The translations under genes were made by a program, and so were the position numbers. The notes below the pieces were generated by a model, which worked only from the letters and a program-made list of their open reading frames with translations, was not told the DNA's origin and ran no database searches. Positions 37,460 through 49,745 of a stretch of DNA of 64,000 bases are shown one piece after another. The stretch is from Vicugna vicugna (lineage: Eukaryota): contig MU058451.1 in NCBI GenBank assembly GCA_013265495.1, forward strand, positions 2,599,305 through 2,663,304, in the 5' to 3' direction. The stretch's first letter is position 1. Each line of letters opens with the position of its first letter.

Positions 37460-38600
37460 AATCATATATCAACTTGATAGAAACTATGGTGATAAGAAAA
37501 CTTACTGGAAGTACAAAATCTGGCTTAGATGATTTGTGAAATGTAAGGACTGAGCATGTGCTGGAACATTTAAACGTAGTCTTGATATATTCTACCAGTT
37601 ATATGCCTGACATTTATTGATAACAAATAGCAACATCCCACGTCTGTTCGCTTTACTTCCAGGGAAATCTGAAAAGACTTAGAGAGATTTTTTTTTTTTA
37701 TAGCCTATAGAATTTACGTCCCCACATTAGAGCCTGAATCCTCAGTGATCGATTTTAAGAAAGCGAGTCTCATCGCTTTCTCTAACGTATACCTGAATAC
37801 AAGTATAGCTGGCTGTTCATCTTACATGGCAAGAAACATTTACTGCAAAATCATTGATATCGGAGAAAAGTTGTGCTATGTAACAGATGCCAAATTTAAC
37901 ACGAAAATTAAACGCATTAAGTGTTATCATTTCTTCCAGTTAGTGATGTTATTGATGGCTTTATTAAGCTGACACATGACACTGATTTGCCCCAAGAGTT
38001 AATTTCTTATTTTGAAACATACTGCGTTGGAGAAGAAAGAGGCCAAGGGCCTCAAAGGGGCAAAGCTGAACCTACGGTTCTCATAGAACTTTGGAACATC
38101 TATCAATGGGCATGTGGCAATATGCCAAGAACACACAACAGTGTAGAAGATTTTCACAATACAATACAAAGCTCAGTAACAAATATGCATCCTAGGATTT
38201 GGAAACTGATACGTCTTTTTTTTTTTTAAGAGAAAGAAATTTCTTTTTTTCTTCTTTATTTGGCTGTTTTCTGGGGGGTGGGGGAGGTGATTAGGTTTAT
38301 TTATTTACTGGTTTTTTTTTTTTTAATGGAGGTGCTGGGGATAGAACCCAGGACCTTGTGCTCACTAAGCACGTACTGTACCACTGAGCTATATCCTCCC
38401 CCAATACCTGTCTTAATGAAGGAAGAATTTTGGCAACAATAAAAAGTGTGATGCTAAACAAGGAGACAAATTAAGAAGCAAAACAAAAATAACTATAACA
38501 TACTATGAACAAAACACTTGGAAGACAAGTACTCAGATACAATCTACAAAATAAAACCAATTATTTGTGCAATATTGCCATAAATCTACACACATCTTAA
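37460..38600 (+). pseudogene. MULE DDE transposase relic (stops, frameshifts, SINE insertion)
   Basis: ORF-track pieces 37745-37972 and 37921-38229, plus a manually read frame from 37560 and a C-terminal piece after the SINE (RYNLQNKTNYLCNIAINL). Confidence 0.8.
38215..38402 (-). mobile_element. Vic-1-like SINE inserted in the MULE transposase
   Basis: Reverse-complement head and poly-T tail; splits the reading WKLI...LMKEE. Confidence 0.9.
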
Positions 38601-39329
38601 ATGTATTCAACTATTTGTATTTTGCAATAAAGTCTGTTTAATTTTGCTATTCATTTCTCATGTTTCATGTTTATGTGCTTTTTGATGTCCCTTTTTATTT
38701 TTCATGATTTTATCTTTTATGGCAAAACTGCCTTATGGCCAAATAGTTATGCCATAAAAATGTTTGCAACAGAGATGCTCATGGCAAAAATACCAGACAC
38801 AGGACAGTTCATACATCTGATATTAGACACGTTGGTATGAGTGGTGAAGAACTATGTTTTTTTTCTCATTTAGTTGGTGTCCAGAGAACCAGAACACTGT
38901 TTGGTAGTGTAGGGGGAAAATTCCAGAGAGAGAATTTATAATTTGACTTTATTCTACCATTGTTACCCTAAATTTCTGATAATTTTCTTTATGTCTTGTT
39001 TATAATCATTTAAATTTCCTTGAAATGGAAATAAATATGTAACATCTCTGAACACAGGGGGCTTGGAGGTGGCACGTGTTGCTTCTTAAATAGATTCAGT
39101 GACTTGTTCAAACACTTTTTAATTGTGACTATTTTGAAAGGCATCATTTAGCAATCAGCTTTTTCATCTTTCCTTATTGTCCCCCACTCTTTTCAAAAGA
39201 CTTCATTATTCTTTCTCCCTTCCCATTGATAAAGGAAGAAAAAAAAAACTGAGCATCCCAGCTATTTACACTTTCTCATTCTGTCACCTCCTTGGTAATT
39301 GTTGATGGTACTCAGAATTAGTAATATAT

Positions 39330-39776
39330 TGCAGTGTAATAAGCCACCCCCAAAGGCAGTGGCTCAAAACAACAGCCATTTATTTAGTTCATGCAGTTTG
39401 GGCAAAGCTCAGTAGCCTGTCCCTGCTCCACGCAGTATCAGCGAGGGCAGCTCACGGGCTGGTAGCCCGAATCACAGAAGCACACTGACACCTGTGGTTG
39501 GTGCTGGCTGTCAGCTGGGACCTCATCTGGGGCTATCAGCCAGAAGACCTGTGGCCTGAGGAGCTGCTTGGCTTCCTCAAAGCATGGTGGCTGGGTTCCA
39601 AACACAGGGAGTCAAAGACCCCAGTTTTGTAAGGCCTGGCACAGATGTGCTGTGAATTCTACCTTATCCTATTGGTCAAGCAGTCACAGTGCCCAGACTC
39701 GAGGGATGAGACCTGACTCCATCTCTCCATGGGAGGCAAGTCAGAGAATTTTAGGGTCACATTTAAAATACCACAC
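39330..39776. mobile_element. MLT1 (MaLR) LTR
   Basis: gtaataagccacccccaaaggcagtggctcaaaacaacagccatttattt to ctattggtcaagcagtcacag..taccaca. Confidence 0.7.
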
Positions 39777-39782
39777 GTCTGT

Positions 39783-39890
39783 GGGGTAAGGAAATAGCTC
39801 AGTGGGAGAGCCCATGTTTAGCATGCAGAAGGTCCTGGGTTCAATCCCCAGTACCTCCATTAAAAAAAAATAAAATAAAAATATATTAAA
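39783..39890 (+). mobile_element. Vic-1-like SINE
   Basis: tagctcagtgggagag...ggttcaatccccagtacctcc and A tail. Confidence 0.9.
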
Positions 39891-40432
39891 ACTCCACCTA
39901 TTCACTGAAACATATCACCTTGTCTTTTCATTCTATCACTCTTGTGTTTAAAACAGAACCAAACCAAAAAAAGTGACATTGAAGATTTCCTTCCACAGAC
40001 ACCCAGGTCTGCAGGAATCAAACACCTCTCTTACCTACCCAAGACAGCTGTACACCCGAGTGATGGAGATCACAAAAACCAGGTTCAAGAGGGATTAATA
40101 CACTATTCTAGTCCAGTCTCCTCCCCAGGCCAAGGGGGAGGCTTTGGCCAGTTAGGCAGTTAGCAGTTGCAGCAGCAGAAGAGAGGAAGGGGTAGGTTGG
40201 AAGCTGAAGGAGAGGCCCAGGAGTGACATGCAGGTGTAACATTTAGTCACGCTGTGTTTCTGGGACATGTGCAGTTGGGCCACGCTGCCAGCAAGGAGGT
40301 GAGACATGATCTGGGGAGGGGCCAGCAGAGGGCAGCCAGACAAGGTCAGGCCGACTGGCAGTATCAGGAGCGCTCATCCCCCGGGGCAGGTACAAGCCAT
40401 CTGTTCATTTGCTTGTTCAACATATTCGCCTG

Positions 40433-40923
40433 TGTATGAGTATGTTGGCTACCCCAAAATGTGGCACCTTGGCATAGTGAAGATTTTAAGCTGAAGGAAT
40501 TTGAGAAACAGCTTGTACAGGAAGGACTTTCTGACCTTCCCCTGAAACAGGTCATAAAACCCTCATGTGAGACATGCCCTCCCTGTACCCAGAGGAGAGG
40601 AGCATCCTTATCTCCCAAGATGAAAGGACACAGAGAGGAATCCGCATGAACAGGCCTTGCTAAGTTTCAGCCGGTTTTCTCCACTCACCTCATAACCTCT
40701 GTCCCAACCCGCCTTTTCCCCTCTCTTCATCAAACCTGGCATAAATGCACGCGGGTTTCATCGTTTCTTCAGGTCTTCATTTCCTTATGAAGGCTTCCAA
40801 GGCACGTCAAGATTGCATCAAATAAAAGTGTATGCTTTTCCCTTGTTAATCTGTCTTTTGTCCCAGGGGTCCCAGTAGAGAACTTAGGAAGGTAGAGGGA
40901 AAAGACTGATTTCCTCTTTTACA
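40433..40923 (+). mobile_element. ERV1-class solo LTR (MER34/MER39-like)
   Basis: TGTA...TACA termini, perfect 4-bp TSD CCTG (40429-40432 and 40924-40927), TATA-like ataaat at ~40741 and AATAAA at 40821. Confidence 0.8.
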
Positions 40924-41769
40924 CCTGCCAGTGACAGTGAGGCTTGTCAGTGTGTTAAGAAATTGGTGCCACCCCGTACCCCGGCTGCTGTATGGGGCCA
41001 GCAGACTTCTCTGCCCCGTCAGTCCAAGTTCCTGGTATGTTCTCTCCATCCTACCAGCTGTCCTCCAACACACACACATACACACACACATCCCCCATTT
41101 CTTAAGACCCGAGAGACAATTTTTGTTCAGTACTGCTGGCCTCTTTGCCCAGGGCTGCACCCATCTGCATCCTCACCTCTCAGGATATGTTCCTCTAAGG
41201 GCTGTCCCCGCCTCCACCTTATTCCTTAATAACAATTTAAAATTTTTCATCCTCCTGAGACCGGTCCCTTGACTCTTCCCTCTACTTCTCCCCATTTTCA
41301 TGTTAATTAACCTAATGTTTTTATAAGGCATCTGTAAAGACCCATGAAGGGAAGCTAAGACAGCAAATTCCAGACTGGTGTTCACTTGTGCAACATAAGG
41401 TTATAGGGTGCGCCCATGTGAAAGGGGCCCACTTAACCCTGACATTTACCAAGACTCAGGTAATGGGTGCAGTCAGCAGGTGAATACCCGGGTTATCTCA
41501 AAGCCCGCCCCGCGGGTTTGCTTATGAAGCACATCAGCTGCTCCCCCTGGAGTGTTCCACCTGCATTTACAGATGGAGCGGGGCAGCCTTCCTTCTCGGG
41601 GCAAACAGCTCTTACAGTGGCCAGTATGCAGTCCATGAGGCTGGCTGTCCGCTCAGGAACAACCTGCTTTGTGTCTGGATCAAATAGAGTCATCTGTGAT
41701 GGTTCCGCAGGGAGCCGCGGGCCCTGCGTGAACCCAAACAGGCTCTTCCATCTGCAGAGTTCAAAAACC

Positions 41770-42240
41770 AAAGACTCTCCCCCTAAATGACTCTCACAAC
41801 ACATTTTAGTAAAGGTTTTTCAAGAAGCTGCTGATAATGATCCACAAGATGAGATTTTTGTCGCACTGTCCCCTCTGCTTGCAGTAGCTTCCTGGTTGTA
41901 CCCTCCCCCACAGGGAGGTGGCGGGAGAAGGGGTGAGAGCAGTGGGCGTGAGAGGCTGAAAGCTCTAATCCTTTAGCCAAGACTTGGTTTTTCTAGTGAC
42001 CACGCCCCCATCCTGAAGTCATCTAGGGGCCTCAGCTACTAGAAATCTCATTAAGGTACAAAAAAGGACACATTCATCACTTAGGAGATTCTAAGGATCT
42101 TGGAGGCTCTCGTGTCAAGACTAAATATTATAAAAAAAGATCTTCCTATCTCCCTATTATTCAGGAAATCACAAGGATTTTAGGAGCTCTGTGTCAGAAA
42201 CTAGGGTCAAAGACCAAATATATATTTATCATGTTATAAG
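41770..42240 (-). mobile_element. Second MER21-like LTR fragment, opposite orientation
   Basis: caaggattttaggagctctgtgtcagaaac is the reverse complement of the start motif at ~36260-36295. Confidence 0.6.
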
Positions 42241-43224
42241 TACGTCTATGGGAATTTTTAAAAGGTACCCTCCTGGGTAGATGCAGACCCATAAGCACAG
42301 GTGTTACTGAGTACATGTTACCTTTGAGCCAGGAAGACAGAAATGAGCAGAAGATGCACTGGATTTCCATCCCTGCTGCCCCTCAGCTAGGGCTTTGTGA
42401 ACGGGCAGCGAAGCAGTAAGCACTCTTGTCTCCAGGCTGCGGGTGCAGTCAATTGCCTTAAGCCAGCTGGCAGCTTATTGAATACCCTTAGGTCAAAAGT
42501 GACCTGACCCATCCCGTCCCACGCCCAAGCTAGTGCCATTTTTCCACTTCCATCCAGCGAGTAAGTGTCTGCCTCCTCCTTATGCCACAAAAGGAATTAA
42601 AACCCTCATCACTAGATCCTATCAGGTCAGTTTTTCCAGCCCTTCTTTTAGCAGCAGGCTCAGTGGATGCTGTCAGAATTATCCTTGGATCCCCTAAATT
42701 CAGACTACAAAGCCAGAACCCGTCGAAAACAGGATTAACAATATCAAGTATGGAATCTTTTGACCAAATTCCAGACCATAAATAGGACTGGTCTAGAATA
42801 CCGTGTACTGTAATTCCATGGAGTCATTTCAACAGACATTAATAGACGTTATATGAGGAATGGATTCTTTAATTAACTATGTCTAAGAAGCTGTGAGTTC
42901 AACAAAGGTAAAGAAGTTTCTTTACGGCAGGACTTCTCAGAGCCTGCCTTCTGCCAATAAAGATGGAATGTCCGAGGAGGGATAAGTTAGGCTCTGTTTC
43001 CCAAACTCATTTGACCATAGGAACTTTCTGGCAGGGAGCACATCCATGGAGCACATTTGGGGAAACAGTAAGGCACAGGTGAAGAGCAAGCAGAGGGACT
43101 GCCTGTAGATGGAGCTGAAGGCACCATTTCCCAGCTAGGAATCGAAGGTTTCTGGTAAAATCAGAAAGGTCACTATACTAATATCCCCCTGTATCTTTAA
43201 TCATCAGCTGATCATTCCTTTAAA

Positions 43225-43520
43225 TAAACTTTATTTTTTAGAGCAGTTTTAGGTCCACAGCAAAACTGAGTGGAAGGTACAGAGATTTCCCATATATGCC
43301 CTGCCCCAGACATGCACTGCCTTCCCCGTGATCAACATCCTGCACAAATGGTTACTTGTGTGACAACCGACAAACCTACACTGCCACATCTTTATCACCC
43401 AGAGTCTGTAGTTTACCTTAGGCTTCACTGTTTATGTCCTACTTTAGTCTTTTTCTTTTTTTTAATGTCGTACTTTCTATGGGTTTGGCCAAAGGTATGA
43501 TGACAAATATCCACCAACTG
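43225..43520 (-). mobile_element. L1MC-like 3' end
   Basis: actttattttttagagcagttttaggtccacagcaaaactgagtggaaggtacagagatttccc. Confidence 0.7.
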
Positions 43521-43675
43521 ATCATATTTTTACAGGCCTTTTCCTCCATTCTCTAGTACTCTGTTTTCTTAATTCTAAGATCTAAAATGTCATCTTGAAA
43601 GGACTACTGGATGGCACAATGGCTACAAAGATAGGTTTCAATGTTTTAAAGCAGGTTGACAAAAAAAAAAAAAGC

Positions 43676-43892
43676 AGGTTGACAAACTACAGCCTGTCGG
43701 TCAAAAACGGTCTGTTGTCTGTTTTTGTGAAAAAAGTTTTTTAAAAATACAGCCACACCCTTTCTTCACAAATTGTCTATGGCTGCTTTCATGCAACTGC
43801 AGAGTTGAGTAGTTGCAATTGATACTCTAAGAACCCCTAAAATTGAACATATTTACTGTCTGGCTCTTTATAGAAAACTTTGCCAGCCTTAC
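43676..43892. mobile_element. MER58-like hAT-Charlie element
   Basis: caggttgacaaactacagcctg..ctatggctgctttca..tatttactgtctggctctttatagaaaactttgcc. Confidence 0.7.
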
Positions 43893-44073
43893 TTAAGGAA
43901 AGAAAATAAAAGGTAGCGTAAGTTCAGTATTCAGTCTTTTTCAAAGTCATATTTCAATGAATTTTGCTAGTTTGAACTTAAATGATGCAATTAATTCTCC
44001 ATTGTGCCCTTTAACCATCTCTGTGTACTCGGAAAGTTTCCCTTTCCCTTTCCTCAGAGAAACTCTACTTTTC

Positions 44074-44522
44074 TGTCACCTGAAGAAAAACCTAAAAGTT
44101 GTGAGTTAAGTTTTATCTGAGGACCTCACTCGGAACTATAGCCCTGGAGGCAGCCTCTCACAAAGCTCAGAGGAACTGCTCAGCTAAGGGAGGAGCCAGG
44201 ATATATAGGCGTTTTTGCTGAAAACAAACAAACAAAAAACCCCATGTAATCACACACTTACTGCTAATCAAAAAAAACCCCAGACATCTCAAGTTAATGA
44301 TTTCAGTGCTTTTCCGTGTATGGGAAGATACAAGAGTCTGGGCTCATTGAAATTATTCCTTAGATCCGCATCTTAACTAACTAGGGCCAATAGCCCGTTC
44401 TCCATCCTGAATTCCCCTCAGGACACACTATGGGGGGGGGGTGGCGGCTGCAGTGGCTAATGGCTTGAAGGCAGGCAGCATTCCTTGTTTACTGAAATGG
44501 CAGGCAACATTCTCATTCTACA
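44074..44522 (-). mobile_element. ERV1-class solo LTR (MER41-like)
   Basis: TGT...ACA termini, near-perfect 4-bp TSD (tttc / cttc), ~450 bp; family assignment from memory. Confidence 0.55.
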
Positions 44523-45329
44523 CTTCCATAATAAACCTCCTCCCCCCACCCCCCCCCCTATGAATGGGGCATGGAAACCATTTTTTCAGATTGGTACTTC
44601 TGGTTAAAAACAGCAGATTAAATACTTATCTTGTGTCCCTCCAACATCCTATTATAATGAATTCAAAGACTTTAAAAGGCATAAGCTCATGAAGATAAAT
44701 AGAAGAAATAGTAGAAAACAAAAAATATTTTTAAAAATTGAGAATGTGTACAGTGGATAGAGAAGTGATGGCTAGTGTAATGAGTCGAGGAAGCAGAACC
44801 TACGTGTGAAAAAATGAGCTGATTTAATGAGAAGAATCCAAGCACAGCCCAGAAACGAAGAACCAGATAGTGCTTAGAGGGGATAAGGCATTGGGCTTAC
44901 AACATAAGAACTGACTGAAAACTCTATATAAGGAGCCATTAGATGAGTTTCTGCCCCTCCAGCAAACAGCACAGCAACTCTTTTGTTCAGCCCTCCAAGG
45001 AGATGGGAGGCTTACTGTCTCTGAAGCTGATCCAGGGAACACCAGACCCAGCGCAGGCAAAAAGGTAGCAGGTTGGTGGCAGGGGCTTTGGTGAAAGAGA
45101 ACTGTGCTGGAAGCAAGTACCACACCCTTTCCTCTCTCTGGGATGACGCAACCCTCACCGGAGGAATGTAAACACTTCCTGCACCGGCACTGCTCTGGCT
45201 TTTCCCCTTTCCTTGGGGTTGGAACAGGAGTTAGTCTGAGACCTCGTTTCAACTGCAAAGAGAAGGACAATGATCCAGGCCAGTGGCTCTTAAACCTTGA
45301 CAAAGACCAAAATCACCTGAGAGTTTATG

Positions 45330-45465
45330 AAAACACTAAGCCCCAGCCCTGAAGGCTCTGATTTGGTTGGTGTAAGCTAGGCCTGAAAATGTGCATTTCT
45401 AACAATATTCTAGGAGATGCTGATGCTGTTGGTCCAGGAACAGTTTTTCGAGAACCAGTGCCCTA
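45330..45465. mobile_element. MER5A-like fragment
   Basis: tgcatttctaacaatattctaggagatgctgatgctgttggtccagg..gagaaccagtg. Confidence 0.65.
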
Positions 45466-46526
45466 GGGACGTACCTAAATTAAGGGAAGCGGGCCCCTGA
45501 AAGACCAAGTGGGATGAGCAGCCCATTTCCCCAACCTTGACAGTTACTCAAAAGAGAACTTTGTTCTTTAAGCCACTGAGCTTTGGAGCTCCTCAGCAGT
45601 AGCGTTCTGTCCTAATTAACAGCCTTTTCCAGGTCCTGGAAATGTGACAGGCAAGCTGACACCCAGGCAAGAGACTACAGATTTCCCTGGAAAAGCTGGT
45701 TGACTGCAGAGAAACAGTTTACGGAAACTGCTGGAGTCACCCAGCAACAAACAACAGCAACAACAGTCAGGCTTACTGCCTCGTCGTGTGCAGGGAATCC
45801 TGCACATCAATGAGCCTTGCCCATGCACGGGGACCTAGCCAGGTGTTCGTGCCTCCCGGATGGAGGAAGAAAGTGTACAACCTGAGAGACAATGACCAAA
45901 AAGGAAAAGGAAAAGAAATGGAGCTAAGATGCAAGAGAGACAGTGCAAGCAACAGAAGCTAACTTAAAAAAAAATTATCATTAATTGGAGTTTAGAGGTG
46001 ACATTATATCCTTTAAACAGAACTGGCTACTATAGAAAATTACAATCTGAAAAAAATTGTTCTTATAAATTAAAAATGATAACTGAAGTAAACATTAAAA
46101 CAAAAGAATCAGATGAAAAACATAGCAAAGAGGCAGACGATAGCTTTTTAAAAAGGAAAAGAGGAGAATTTTGGAGAATCAGTCAAGGAGATGTAACATC
46201 TCGCTACTGAAAGTTCCAGAAACAGAAGATGAGGGGGTGGAAGTTAACAAAGAAATAGTAAAAGAAAATTTCCCCAAGCTGAAGGATAGGAATTTCCAGA
46301 TTAAAAGAGGACTTCAAGTACCAACTTATGACCAAGAGAAAAAAAAAAAAACATTTAAAGGCATGTGTCATGAAATTTAATCCTTCAGTGATCAAAAAAA
46401 AAAAAATCCAAAAGCTTACAGAACTTTTGTTTCCAGAGAGGAAATATATCACATAGAAAAGAATGAGGAAAAAAATGGCATTGGTTTCTCAAAAAAAAAA
46501 AAATTAAAATGTAGACGTTAGTAAAG

Positions 46527-47192
46527 GGGATTTCCAGTCAAGATGGCAGAGTGGTAGGACCACGAACTCGCCTCTCCTCAGGACTACAACAAAACCACAA
46601 CTGACTGCTAAACAACCATTGAAAAAAAGACTGGAACCTAACAAAAAAGATCTTCTTCAACTGGAAACATAGAGGGAAACACAGCAGACGGTAGGAGGGG
46701 TGGGTTCATGATATAATAGGGCCCATACCCCTGGTGAGGAGGGGCGAACCACAAACTGAAGGGAAATTAAGTCACAGAGGCCCTCCCACAGGAGGGAGAG
46801 CTCCAAGCCCACGTCAGGCTCCCCAGCCCAGGCTTCTGGCACTGGAGGGAGGAGGAGTCTCCAGGACATCTGGTTTTGAAGGCCAGCAGGGCCTAACTCC
46901 AGGAGCCCCACGGGACTGGGGGAAACAGAGACTTCACTGTCTGGGGAAGCACACACAGAACCTCACGCACGCCAGGTCCAGGGCAGAGGCAAAAACGTCA
47001 TATGAACCTGGGCCAGACCTGCCTGCTGGTTTTGGAAGGTCTCCCAGGGAGGTTGGGGTCAGCTGCAGCTCACGCGGGGGACATAAAAGCTGGTGGTGGA
47101 CATTCTAGGAGGGTTCATCTACATGAGCTTTCCTGGAGGCTGACACCTTGTTTGGGTCATTAGCACCAAGCCCTACCCCCACCCAAAAGCCT
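46527..47192 (+). mobile_element. L1 5' UTR fragment (younger family)
   Basis: Starts ggggatttccagtcaagatggcagag (YY1-type CAAGATGGC L1 promoter start); GC-richer; homologous to 56070-56810 on the minus strand. Confidence 0.7.
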
Positions 47193-47584
47193 ACAGATGT
47201 TGGTGAAGAAATACCTTCAATAAACTGTAAGGAAAAATGATCTCCAATTTAGAATTCCTTACTCAGTGACACTTTTAGTCATGTATGAAGGTAAAGATAT
47301 TTTTAAACCAGAAGGCTCTCAAAATTTACCTCCTGTGCCTGCTTTCTCTTTCTTCTGGGAGAATGAAGGCACATGAGAAGAAAAGAAAGGAACAGAAAGA
47401 CACCAGACCTGGTAAACAGGGATCCAACATTTGTGATGCACAAGGTGGATTTCCCAAGATGCTGGTAAACGGAGTCCCTGAGCCCTGAGAGCAGGCAAGC
47501 CAGAGCGAAACAGGAGAGCGCAGGGCTTAGGTGGCATGACTCCTAGAGAAAACGGATCTGATCAATTATCTGTGGACGACTATT

Positions 47585-47948
47585 ACCCTCTGTCAAATAT
47601 TTTGGTTTTTCCCATAATGCCCCTCCTTTCAGTGTTTCTTCCTGAGATTTTAGATCCCTGCCCCACTGATATCAAGCTTGGCCAAAGGACCCACTTGTCC
47701 CAATACATTGTAAGTAAGTGTGATGAGCGACCTCTGAGTAGAAGCTTTGAAGCACTGCCACACGCCCTCTCCTGTCTGCCACTGACCAGCTGTGCTCCAA
47801 AAAGAAGCTGCTCTTCATGGAGTGCAGAGTGGAGACAGCAAGGCAGATTTATATCATGAAAAATACAGACCAGCTTTGCTCTTGTAAGTCCTGGAATTTG
47901 GGGATAATTTGTTACCACAGCTGGACCTAGTATGTTCTGACTGATACA
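47585..47948. mobile_element. MLT1 (MaLR) LTR
   Basis: Ends gaatttggggataatttgttaccacagc..cctag..ctgactgataca. Confidence 0.65.
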
Positions 47949-48180
47949 TTATCTGCTACTTTTGACTGTGGAGAAAACTGTACTGTAAGATTGTGGGAAG
48001 ACTTAGTGATAGGTACCCTGAAAATTAAGCAATGACATTCATTCATTTAACAAATATTTATTAATTCCTATTATATGTCAGGAATTTTTTTCCCAAGGCA
48101 CTAAGACTATAAAAAGTAAAAATGTTAAAGAGGCAATTATTATTAACATAAAAAATGCTTTAAGAAAGGGAAAAAAATCA

Positions 48181-48345
48181 GGGGCAGGTATAACTCAGTG
48201 GTAGAGTACATGCTTAGCATGCATGAGGTCCTAGGTTCAATCCCCAGTACCACCATTAAAAAATAAATAAATAAACCTAATTACCTCTCCCTAAAAAATA
48301 ATTTTTTTTTAAATTAAAGGAAAAAATTCAAGTCTCAAAAAAAAA
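48181..48345 (+). mobile_element. Vic-1-like SINE
   Basis: A/B boxes, aaacctaattacc tail, flanking repeat gggaaaaaa(a)tca. Confidence 0.9.
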
Positions 48346-48539
48346 AGGGGGAAAAATCATAACATACCACTTAGCTCGTCAGGGAATAATATTCACATAG
48401 TTATATAAACAATGGTGAAAATAAAGGGAGGGTAAGCAGTGGGGCACGGAAGTGGTTAAGCTGCTTAAATCCTTATATACCATACTAGGATAATATCTAA
48501 AATTGATAAATCAAAAAATAAGGTATAAATGTATTATGA

Positions 48540-49745
48540 GAAAATGTATGGAATACACAAACTATTAAAGCTAATAAACAAGTTCAGCAAGGTTACAGAA
48601 TACAAGATCAATACATAAAAATCAGTTGCATTTATATATACCAGCAATAAGCAGTCCAAAACTGAAAGTAAGAGCGCCATTTTACATGAAGCAGCATCAT
48701 AAAGAATTAACTATTTAGGAATAAATTTGACTAAGGAAATAAAGATATCCCATGTTCAGAATTAGAATATTTAATATTGTTAAGATGGCAATACTCCCCA
48801 AATTAACCTACAGATTCAGCATAATCCCTATCAAGACCCAAGCTGGCTTCTTTGCAGGAATTGACAAACTGATCTTAAAATTCATATGGAAATTCAAGAG
48901 ACCCTAAACAGCCAAACAATCTTGAGAAAGAACAAAGCAGGAAGACACATATTTCCTGATTTGAAAATTCACTACAAAGCTACAGTGTCCAAATAGCATT
49001 ACAGGCATAATGATGTATATGTATCTGTAATTCAATGGAATCAAATTGAGAGGTCAGAAACAAATCCATGCAGGTATGGCCTATTGATTTTCTACAAGGC
49101 TGTCAAGACCACGCAGTGGGGAAAGAATAATCTCTTCAACAAATGATGTTGGAATCATTTGAATGTCCACATGCAAAAGAATTTGAAAGTCTGCCTCCCA
49201 CATACAAAAATTAATACAACATACAAAAACTAATATAACATAGATCAAAGGCCTGAATGTAAGAGCTAAAACTATAAAACTCTTAGACAAAAACATAGGT
49301 GTAAATCCTGTGTCCTTGGATCAGGCACCTATTTTTTAAATATGACAGACACCAAAAACAGAAGAAACAAAAGAAAAAACTAAACAGGACTTCATCAAAA
49401 TTAAAAATTTTTGTGCATCAAAGGACACACTATTAAGGAAGTGAAATGAAAAGACAACATACAAAATGAGAGAAAATATTTACAAATCATATATCTGACA
49501 GAGGTCTAGTATCCAGAATATATAAAGAGCTCTCTGAACTCAACAACAAAATGACAAACAATCCAATTAAAATATGGGGAAATGGAGGGACTGCTAATAG
49601 ATGTGGGGTTTCTTTTTGTGGTGAAGAAAAAGTTCTGCAATTAGATGGTGGTGATGGTTACACCAAATACTGAAAACCACTGAACTGTGCACATTTTAGA
49701 AAGGTGAATTTTATGGTGTGTGAATTATATCTCAATTTTTTAAAA
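48540..49745 (+). mobile_element. L1MB-like ORF2 3' region and 3' end with deletions
   Basis: aagttcagcaaggttacagaatacaagatcaatacataaaaatcagttgcatt; ends gtgtgaattatatctcaat. Confidence 0.85.

Larger units (their letters stand above)
37209..38800 (+). mobile_element. Decayed Mutator/MULE (MuDR-like) DNA transposon with ~95-110 bp imperfect TIRs
   Basis: 37209-37318 matches the reverse complement of 38707-38800. Interior translates in pieces to MULE transposase motifs: AGTFK..FYQLY..FALLPGKSEKT, VIDFKKA..IAGC, FLPVSDV, ISYFETY, LWNIY..MPRTHNSVEDFHN..HPRIWKLI. Confidence 0.85.
36214..38925 (+). mobile_element. MER21-like LTR interrupted by the MULE element
   Basis: Begins tgtgatattgtgatgtaataagaa..cagagctcctaaaaacccttg; contains ggctctggttgccaggggaaccaacc..tgattagagg typical of MER21; resumes after 38800. 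Confidence 0.7.

Noticed and set aside
44074..44522. Interferon-responsive GAS enhancer in the MER41-like LTR
   Set aside because: I did not find a convincing TTCnnnGAA motif, and the family call is uncertain.
44824..47108. ORFs of 159, 124 and 99 aa
   Set aside because: Lie in or among L1-derived and other repeat remnants; no protein family recognised.
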